64,000 nucleotides of DNA from Tubulanus polymorphus (taxonomy: Eukaryota > Animalia > Nemertea): assembly GCF_964204645.1 (NCBI RefSeq), contig NC_134028.1:26098345-26162344 (forward strand), read 5' to 3'. Positions 54,492 to 64,000 of this stretch are shown here, piece by piece. The notes below the pieces were generated by a model that did no database searches, had not been told where the DNA came from, and saw nothing but the letters and a program-made list of their open reading frames with translations. Positions within the stretch are counted from its first letter, which is position 1, and every line of letters starts with the position of its first letter. The position numbers were made by a program, and so were the translations under genes.

Positions 54492-56799
54492 GGTGTATCG
54501 AATTCGCGTTAATAGCGCAAACTACTTGAGAATTTCCCGAAGGCGTATTTACCGCGACGAATATATCCGTCATTGCTCGATTCTTTATCGCGATCGTAGA
54601 TTTATGGTAGTCATAAAAGAAATCCTGATGGAATTTGTGGTAACGGTACATGACTATGCACCTAATCTCCGGATTGCAGGTGTCAGGCCACCAATGACTG
54701 TTTATTACGATGATACGAGTTTGCCTACGTATTCCGAATTCGAGCTACTTCGAAGATGAAAAAATCGGCCATCAAAACATCTCCTAAATCCTGGAAATCT
54801 CCAGGATCTCATGTTCGGAAGCTAGATCAAACTTTGCAACCGTTCCCGTGCTATAAAATCATTGAATGTACCGCTCGTCCCCTTTACGCTTGGATGAATA
54901 CTGATTGAAATCTATCAACTCCATTAATGTCTAATAAATTGCAGATCTTATAGCGCGCGAGTCAGTGTTTTATGTGGTTACACTTACTGACTGCGAATTT
55001 CCACTTGAAAGGCGAAAGAAGTCGTAAAACAATTAGCGACGTAATCACGTAATTACTACCCATCCCAAAAACACATTACGGTTTTCACTTTCTGAAGTAA
55101 TCACTACTGATAACGTTCACTGAAACCAACTAGATGACCTAGATGATGGACAGCTTTTATCATCCTATCAGTAATCGAACTTTAAAAGTCTGATCATGAT
55201 CAAAGAACGAATCGTAAATTGAATCTTTCTAGTCATCGAAATAAGTCTGCCGTATAGTGTCACTCAGAAGCGTCACTCAGGCGCACCCTATGACTGGTGA
55301 TACACGTATCTATCCATCTCGGATCTATGACTGAGTAGTATTCGCTTGAAATATATCTTATATCATATACACATATCATATTCAGTATAGATATTATGGG
55401 TTTGTCGTACCATAAACCAAACTCGAAACGGTCAGTTGAAATGACAAAAGCACTTGTGATTTGATCGATGAATCTCGCGCACTGTATCAGTTAGCACGTA
55501 ATTCACACGCAGTGATAAATCCTTGGAAATATCAAATGTCAAAATCGTGTCGTTTGTCTCTCGGCAATTAGAGGAGTATACAACACTGATAGTAACATGT
55601 CAGAAACAGAAAATATTAAAACTATTTAAAGTGCGAAGCGATCCGTCAAATGTCTCGATTTATGTAATTGCACCAACTTTCTTACAGTCACTACTGAGTG
55701 AAGCGCGGAATAGAAAATTCAAAGTTGAATTCTGAGTCTTTGATTTCGGAGTAAAATCGTATGATTCCGTTTTATACGAAATATGAAAGACTCGGTGAAA
55801 TATTGCCGTTAGGTTTTTCTACGAAATTAAATTAGAGCGTTCATTATTATTCGCTCCAGCTTAGCAATCTAAACTTCTCGAATTTCAATAGCATTAAAAA
55901 ACTACCTCTTTTACTTTGTGTTTCTGGTTCAGTTTTTGTTGTGTAATTAAGTGAACGCTGAAGGATAGCGAACAGCTCCGCAATATCGCACGCATTACTG
56001 AAGATTTTGTGTCTGGGCTTTGATGAAATCCGCTTTTAATCTCTGTCGATAAATCGTTGATGATCTTTTTCTGATTCGCTTTAGTCCTCAATAATAATAG
56101 GTTTCGCTTCGGGCAGCGGCGCAGTGCAAATTCAACGTTACATCATTTTTGACACCGTAAAAACGATTACAAAAATGTTTAAATACATTGATACCTGGTA
56201 TGAGGTTTCGTGCGAGTCGACGTCTACTAAGTCATCAATATTGGCGTTACAAAATCAATAACAATTACAATGTATTTCATAACTCTTATTCATTTATCTT
56301 TTTTTGAATTGTAACTGTCATTTTTGTGAGGGTGTGCACTACGTCATCAGTATTTCGAGGCTAGACTGGTTGCCGGTTAATTCAATTCAATTATCGATAA
56401 ATTCAAATCCAACATAACTTTATATTATATAACTCATTGTCGACAATATGAAGCAATATATAAAAGTAATCATTCGTAAATAAGGCGTCAATAAACTTTC
56501 AAGTTAGTTTTCTTGTTTAAAATAAGTACTAGATCTATTGAATGATACTCCCCATTGACGTCTCTAAGTATTTAAAGCATTTTTATTCGATTTGAACGAC
56601 TCTCTGCGTGCGGGCGTTACCAACGTACTTCAAATCATCCATGTAACTTAATTAGACAAATATTACGTGCCGCCTGCCTTTACGGCTGATGACGTTGACG
56701 TCCAAAATCAAATTGATCGAATCGTTCGGCGGCAGATAGACCTTTTCAAAATCGGTTCCAGGAAAACTTTTGATTGCATCAAACGATGAAACAGGGGTT

Positions 56800-57291
56800 C
56801 ATTCTCCATTGGTAGGGATTCGAACCTGATGGCATCGCTAGACTCAGCCACGGCATGCGACCCTGCCGCACTAGACAGGGCCAACGGTTACCGGAGTTAG
56901 TCGACTTTAGTCGAACTAAGTGAAACCGAATGTCAGTTAGTCGGAACTATATTCTGGAAATAGTTCGGAAATTAAGCGCATTCGGTTATTACTTCCGACC
57001 ACTAGTCGACTAGACACTAACACCGAATTTGGCCCTGGTGCGCAGGTACATGCGCAGGTTTACCGCACGAAAACTGGCGGCACCAATCAGATTACTCGTT
57101 GTATAATCGCTGAGGCAAATCTCACGGAAGAACTATAAATGAGAAAATCCGAGCTAAAATAAAACAGGATATCTGGTTCGGTAATAATGACATCATCTAA
57201 GCTGCGCACTCGGTCCATTGTGGCCGCTGAGTTTCGTACCGTGGCGACTCATTTTGTGTCATCAGGTTCGAATCCCTGCCTGGGGAGGATG
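56800..57291. mobile_element. tRNA-box inverted-end element (family A), most complete copy, with a nested family D MITE at 56876-57037
   Basis: Ends CATTCTCC...AGGGATTCGAACCTGATGGCA and TGTCATCAGGTTCGAATCCCTGCC...GGAGGATG; nested CAGGGCCAA...TTGGCCCTG. Confidence 0.8.
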
Positions 57292-58245
57292 ATCTAAGGG
57301 CTACTCACGACCATCAGAAAAGGGGATATAGATAGATAAATACATACTTTCATCTTATAGAAAATGGAAATCGAGGACGACATATCCTCTAGTCATTCCG
57401 CATTCCCTTTAACTGACACAGTCGCTATGAGCTTTTGGGTTGTGACGAATTCTACAAAGTGGTTAAAAGATAATTTCCTTATCGATTAAAAACGGCAGTA
57501 CACATGTACATTAACCGGTCTGTATCGACCCCTTGAATGTATGTGTGCAGTATTTCCTAAATGTATCTTCAATAAAAATTCCGCGTCTTTAATCTGATTT
57601 TACACACAAAGGTTGTTGGAATAATGTGCATGTAGTACACTATACAGATTCCGCTGATTACTACAGGAGAGCTGCAGGCAGTATTTTCTTAATCTAATAT
57701 ATAGGAAAAATACACAAATTCGCGTTGCTAGATTTTTCTATCGTGTTCTCGATAAATTTGATTGTCTAGTTAATAACTAGTGGAAACTAACCATGAAATA
57801 GAAATCCTTGCCCGGTGTCTTATCGTACAAAGCTTCAATTACATCACGCAAGTTTGCTTTTCCCGTTGTCCTCGGGCTCCGGTGTCAATACGTATCAGTT
57901 CGAATGGATGTATCTATCCGCCGACGGCTTTATTTCATGGAGATAGATTTTTTTGGGGGAATACCAAGAAAACCTCGGCAACAAATAATTTTTATGATCC
58001 ACGCAATATTGTTGGTAATATTATATTCTCTGTGGTGTTTCTAAGTTTTTGCATACATATCTTCATTAATTCATATTATCACAAAAGATACCAACCATGT
58101 TTTTTAGCCTTATTATTTTCATGTTTTAATACATCATAGTATACAGAACAGGCAAGGCCAGTGGCAACGTGGCTAAAAATCACCGAAACATCCATTTTTG
58201 GTGAGAATATATATACAGGCGAAGTTCGATATAATGCTATTCGTT

Positions 58246-58353
58246 ACGTGAGAAAAATCCCACAATGATTCAGCCACAGGTGAAGCTCCGCGGGGAATAT
58301 ATTTTGTGCAACGTTTCTGTTAAAGACTGTTAGCCATCATCGGGCGTACTGAA
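58246..58353 (-). mobile_element. Degenerate copy of the hammerhead-bearing Penelope-like remnant at 32162
   Basis: Minus strand ttcagtacgcccgatgatggctaacagtctttaacagaaacgttgc; core mutated (CCGAUGA) and stem II broken. Confidence 0.65.
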
Positions 58354-59226
58354 TTGCTCAAATATATTTAACCTTTCACTTCAAGAACTTTACACCTTGA
58401 TAAAACCGGAATCATCCGGGTGTTGATATGGTTTGCGGGGAATCTTTAATGTATTACGTACACAACGTTAGTCATCATCCAGTTATCAATACTGTTCACA
58501 CGTGCGAGAGTGAAAATAAAACCTTTTCGCGACATCAGGATTTAAGCGGAGCAGGTATCGCGCTAATGCTAAACCCCCACCAGTGCTGCTTTGTCGCTGC
58601 TGAGTAAAAGCTTTGAAATTCAGTCTAACAATAATAAAAAGACAATCGGCATCGCGAACTATTCGGTTAAAAAAGAACTCCCGATCCCCGCGGAATCAGC
58701 CGACTGAAAGAATTCGTCTAATCCGCTGTGAACTTCAAACATGGACGAGATACTTTTTTGTCGTTCGCAGCGCGAGTCGTGTCGTTTACAAACACGAAAA
58801 ACAGCTTTCTTCTCAAATCATATTTCAGAAGACGTTCGGTTTACTTTCCAATAGATGATGGATTTGTATGAAATGTTTGCTTATTTTGTATGAAATAAAG
58901 AGTTTCTAGATCTTTGCATACCGAATGCGTAGCAAGCACGCGTCATTCGGATATTTCTACCGTAGAAATGAATGGCCCCAATCACTGAATGCACTTGCCG
59001 CAGCCAGAAAACTCTTCAGGTTCCTAACAAGCAAGGTACAAGCGATTCATTTTCTCTCTCACTGGCGGTGGCGATAGTGAATTGAAATTCTGCACCAAAA
59101 CCCATTGCGTCCAGACTAACCATGAACAAATAGCCATTTTCCCCACGCACAGTACAACTACTGATAATCGAATTGTCAGTAGGGTTGATTTTTTATAGAA
59201 TCTCAATTTTCATTTTCTATTTACAG

Positions 59227-59327
59227 GTGATTAAGATGTTGATTATTGTGGTCGTGTTGTTCGCTGTGTGCTGGTGTCCGCTTCAGATGTACAATCTACT
59301 GTCTGAATTCTACACCGGGATCAACGA
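59227..59327 (+). CDS. Lkr: Leucokinin receptor-like GPCR, coding exon 2 (TM6-ECL3); TM7 exon presumably beyond the window
   Basis: ctatttacag| acceptor in phase 0 and |gtaagt donor; encodes VIKMLIIVVVLFAVCWCPLQMYNLLSEFYTGIN with the CWxP motif, continuing NKRK|VIKM after a 31,259 bp intron. Confidence 0.92.
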
Positions 59328-60014
59328 GTAAGTTACAAGACTTCTTATTTCAAATGCGATATGCAAATTTTCAAATTCCACACAAAGAAAGTCACTAGAA
59401 CTAAAAGATATGACCTATCGAATGTGGGCGGCGTTCGCTAATCGCTGAACACGTTGATTCGATTTGCATGACTTAGAAAAAACCAGCAATGCCCGGAGCG
59501 CGCTCTGTGTCTACGAGCGGACGCACCTCACACGTCGCGACGAGCGTCCTCCGGCGAATGCGACATTTCTAACGACCTTCACCGCAACACGTCACAAAGC
59601 GATTTAAACACTTGTCTAATGAAATTACGGCGAATAAAGAGACTGTAAATTCATGAAATGCCGACATCAGGGATTTAAAGGTCATGATTTTGAAAAATTG
59701 GCAGGCAGTATTTTATGTAGATTTTTTCGAATAACCGGATGCTAATTTCTCTTAAGTCTCGTGGTGGAACATGTCGTTCGTTGACTGGAGCAATGTTAAA
59801 GCCTATTGAAAGTGACGAGAGAATGCCTGATGATATTACTAGGGAATAAATGACAGCGATGGTGGGTTTTTTTTAAGTGTGAGTAAATGAATTTCAGATT
59901 TCGTGGAAAGCCGTTTCCGCACTAAGATCAATGGTCATGAGTATAGTAGCAGCAGTTGTCGATACTTTACACCTCCAACCTATCGATCAATGAACCTGTT
60001 CCTACCTTTCTAGT

Positions 60015-60112
60015 TCCCTTCTCACTCCATATCTCTCTCTCTCCCTCTCTCCCCTCTTTCTCTCCCTCCCCCTCTTTCTCTCCCCATCTCTCCCCTCTTT
60101 CACTCCCCCTCT
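60015..60112. repeat. CT-rich low-complexity tract
   Basis: Almost pure pyrimidine run of degenerate (CT)n/(CCCTCT)n. Confidence 0.85.
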
Positions 60113-63100
60113 ACTTCAACTTCCGCTTGAATTTCTTGTTCGCTCATCCTAATAACCATGAATAATGCGCCTCCTAATACTACAATACTTTTCGAGGATT
60201 GGGAAAAAATCTGACCATTCTTCGGATGGATGAGAATTCGAGGTGATCAATTCAAAGATTCGTCACAATGAGAATGAGCTGTTGGGTGTGAGTTGGTGAC
60301 AAACTACCAGTGACACTGTCCGGACTCGTGTCGTAACCAATTTATAACATGTATAAATCACGACTTGGTTGAAATGACTAACGACGATTCATTAGTGAAG
60401 AAAACGTCGATTCGGAGACTGCAGGTTCTTCTCAACAACTATCGGAAAGACAGCGGATTCTTGTTAAGTGATTCCGGGTACTCTAAAACATACACTAACA
60501 TTCGATCGCTATTCGTCTCCTATACGAAACCTTGAGGGCAATCAAGGCTGGATAAACAGACCCGACGTGTGAGACGGTCTGTACCGAAACACAGTCTCAA
60601 AAAGCAGAATATAATACCGCTTTCAATTTTGTTCACCACCGCAAACTTGATATTCTCGACGTGGGCGTAAACCACAGTTTATGCGTTCATGATCATCCAA
60701 CCTTTCGGGAAAAAACCTGCTGTCGTGTTGGAAATATTTCTCGCGTGGCACAAAAACGGAACTAACCTCGTGCTACCTGACGAGATGTCGGTAACACCCT
60801 TGTATTCAGTTGGTAGTATTTACTGTTTCTATAAAATGCTGCTCGCGTAGTTGGAATTATTTCCGCTATTTTGCTTAATGCTAGTCATTTAATGCGTGAA
60901 CTCTTTTGACTTCAGATTCTGTGGTCTCTTTCATAGAATAAATTACATCTTCCTTAATTCCAATGCAACCTGAAGACATGTCACTAGCAGGTAAACAAGT
61001 GCAACTGTTTTTTATCTGACGCTGAATTAGACCTTCCAAATTTTGGAGAATACACTATTAAGTACAGTTTCCAGTTTCTAGGCGATTGATTTGGGAAATG
61101 AGACGCATCGGGACCGAATATTTTCATCGCTTAACGAATTTGTTGTATTATGGTGTTCGTATTGAACTGATTTTTTACTAGTAATTTGTACTAAATCCTG
61201 GCCGCCGGAAAATAGAAAATTAATCGTTACATCTCGAGATTTTGCAATAGACCTTCTCGTACTAACGAGGTTCCACTGTATTAGGATGTTATGCTTCCCA
61301 AAGAAATCCATAATCTTACGTTTCGAACAGATAATTACAGGACCACTTTCACTGCCTCAGAATCGGAAAATACTGTAAACACGACGTTCAATTTCTCAAT
61401 GACGTTGATATTTCTATTCCGTTAAAATGGCTAGACCCGGCCTATGGAGGTAAAAAAAGAAACCCGTCAAGTTACGTTTTATGACCCAGTTTGTCTGACA
61501 TTACCCGCGGTTTAAACCAGTATCGTGCGCTGGTTCGCTCCTAGAATCAATCGCGTAAAAATCCGTTTCTTTATCTAAAATTAATCAAGAAATATTTGAC
61601 ATAACGAATGTGCCATGGCGTGATTCAATCAAAATATCCAGTATTCAGAATAATATCATATCGTAGTCGATGCGCGCGACGCGATTCGATCCATTCATAA
61701 AATAACTCATCCAAACGAACATAATGACCGTCTAAAAAACCAGCCAACATCACGGAACACGTTGCAATCTGAATCGGCAAACGAGGACGTAGCAGAAAGG
61801 ATGAGGATGAGGGGGAAAGAATGGGATTATATTACTGTCGGACGGGAAGTCGACTATTTTATATCGGGTGGTGAAACTGCACCCGGATATCCGGTGAATC
61901 GCAGATGACTGTTCCGGTTAAGCCTTCACTTGGATTACATTAATAATTCACTCGAATCTGCCGACGGACATTGTTGTGCAGTCGGGACGAGATGAATGAA
62001 AATCATCCCATTCGCCGGAAATGATTGCGACTGTTGGCAGTATTTACAGATGGCGGGAGTCGGACCACGTTTTTCGAAATGAGCTGAAAATAATTAAAGT
62101 TACCAATAAGTTCCATTTCTATATCAAAGTTTTGTTGTTTCGCAAATTAAGGCCAGACACTGGAAAAACATTGATGATTTTGTACTGCCACAGAAGCTTG
62201 CTCGGCACGCCGGAGAGAATACAATTTTTACGCAGTTTTACCCTTCGGTTTAAGGTAAAAGAATGTCCTGGCAGCGATAGCCGGTATTCCAGTGATAATA
62301 CGCGTGATTTACTAGCGCGATGTTCGTCGGTCAGGACTCCATCGAAAATTAATTTCTCGCTAAAGAGGATCACGGTAAACTGGTCGTGTAGATGAATGAA
62401 TGCGACGTGTAATAAAACTAAGAGGATGTGGACTGATTATAGAATGTTAGTAGTAAGCCATGCTGCCCGGACTCGCATTACACCCGAGAATCTTAGAAAT
62501 ACAATTAAAAGAAAGGCTCATTCGCCGACAGGTATATATGATAAATCATCCATCTACTCCGTATGACTGCGATAAGCTTCGAGATATAAAAGACGTACGA
62601 AATCGTATTAGCTTTATAATTGAACGACACTAGAAGTGACCTTTCCGCCCGATCCCTCTTAAGAAATAGCCCGTAAAACCGGTAATTACTTTTACATCAA
62701 ATGTATAAGGAGTTGATCAAGATTCCCTGGACCTTGAAACCAAGCTCTCTGATATATTTCAATGTTATCTGATTGCCTGAAAATAACATCATAACGTATA
62801 AACACGGCCGAGTCTCGCGATACCACCAAATACCTGCACGTTTTAAACTGAAGTCTAGAGAAGTCAAACCAAACTGTGCTCTTTTTTGCTTCCATGTAAC
62901 AGTTAAACCTGGCGGTGTTTTGTCGCTGCGCTGCTTGCGTGGAATAATGATAAATGGTTTGGGGCAAATTTGACATGAGTTTAAATTGTTACGTATCACG
63001 ATACTAATCAAAACATATTGCTTCTTTACCCAGTAATATCTGTGTCGCTCTATTGTAATTATGCCCAATTTTCAGGCGCAGTCTTGGTATTTTTTTCTTT

Positions 63101-64000
63101 CTTAATTAAATCTTCAATAGAAGTAGAACTCGGTTATACGGTTTTTAATATATTAGTATCTCTTTGTGAACGGTACACTCAGTATTCACGGCCATAAATA
63201 CGGTTAATGGAAGTTAATAAAAGGGAATCGTTGTGAGACTTAGGTTACATCGCCCGCTCCGCAAAATCACACGGCGATTTTCCTGCGTTTAATGTTGAGG
63301 CGTTTAGTTGGAAAGTAATCTAGTTGATTGCTCCGTCGCTTCATTAGAGCTATGCACATATAACGGTGATACTGCGCACGACGGGCCAGTCTGTGATACA
63401 CGGTATGGATTTGCACTGAAATCACTGTAAACTTGGTGAGAAGATAAACATCATCAGCAATCAGCATTTCTTAAACGAGCATTAGCTAACTGAATACTTC
63501 CACCAACAACAAACATAGCGGAAAAACAAACCACCCCTTATCTGAATATATCTACTTCGTCTATGGCTACCAGGGTCGTCACTAGGGAACTTTAAAGGGG
63601 GTCAGAATTGATACAAGCGGTACTATATGCCATACTTCGCACTGTACCTGCTCCGCGTACATAAACCGACCCAAATTATCTTCCAAATCAAAATCAAACG
63701 ATTCAAATTTTCCGCGTTAATTTGATTTCGGGACGTTTTAAAGGTGGCTGTATATCGACACAGACGATAGAAACAAGCTCCTCGAAAAACACACGGTCGT
63801 ATGCACAAGTGTCAATTATGAGAGCGGTCTAGCGACAAATTGGCCCTCATACAAAAATCAGAGTTGACGTTTTACCGAAAGGCAAAATAATCGTGAGGGA
63901 ATTTTTCTTTACATTCGTCTACCACAAGCCGTAAAAATCAACTCATGCAATATATCATCGAAATACTTGAGCAGATTCTCTGTGACGTAATACATAGATT

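Noticed and set aside
54490-54759. 89 aa ORF ending in an LPTY-containing tail
   Set aside because: Non-ATG start, no polypyrimidine acceptor, wrong phase for the receptor, and no recognisable family.
59328-64000. Missing TM7 exon suggesting a receptor pseudogene
   Set aside because: Both exons found are intact with canonical splice sites; the next exon most likely lies beyond the window.
1-64000. CRISPR arrays, operons, rRNA, intact tRNA genes, autonomous transposase/RT ORFs, or a kinin precursor
   Set aside because: None seen. The DNA is eukaryotic, B-boxes belong to repeats, there is no long non-GPCR ORF, and no FxxWG-GKR repeats appear in the ORF track.

Overview
Eukaryotic (invertebrate, probably lophotrochozoan) genomic DNA: AT-rich, intron-containing, with no obvious CpG depletion. 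There are two protein-coding genes, both on the + strand. (1) The last eight coding exons (3839-7136) of a cGMP-dependent protein kinase (PKG/PRKG1/foraging-like) cover the whole kinase domain and AGC C-tail; the regulatory exons lie upstream of the window. (2) A leucokinin (lymnokinin)-type neuropeptide GPCR has a large first coding exon (27182-27967, TM1-5), a 31.3 kb intron and a TM6 exon (59227-59327); the TM7 exon was not found and is presumably downstream. The rest is non-coding and rich in short non-autonomous transposons, LINE/SINE tails and microsatellites. Most notable: a repeat family whose two inverted ends are tRNA-like Pol III promoter sequences facing outward; minimal type I hammerhead ribozymes of the Penelope-like-element type; a phase-compatible candidate alternative terminal exon that would give a kinase-less PKG; and a cluster of AG|GT splice signals in the giant GPCR intron. 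Almost all short ORFs in the supplied track look spurious. All calls were made by eye with no database searches.
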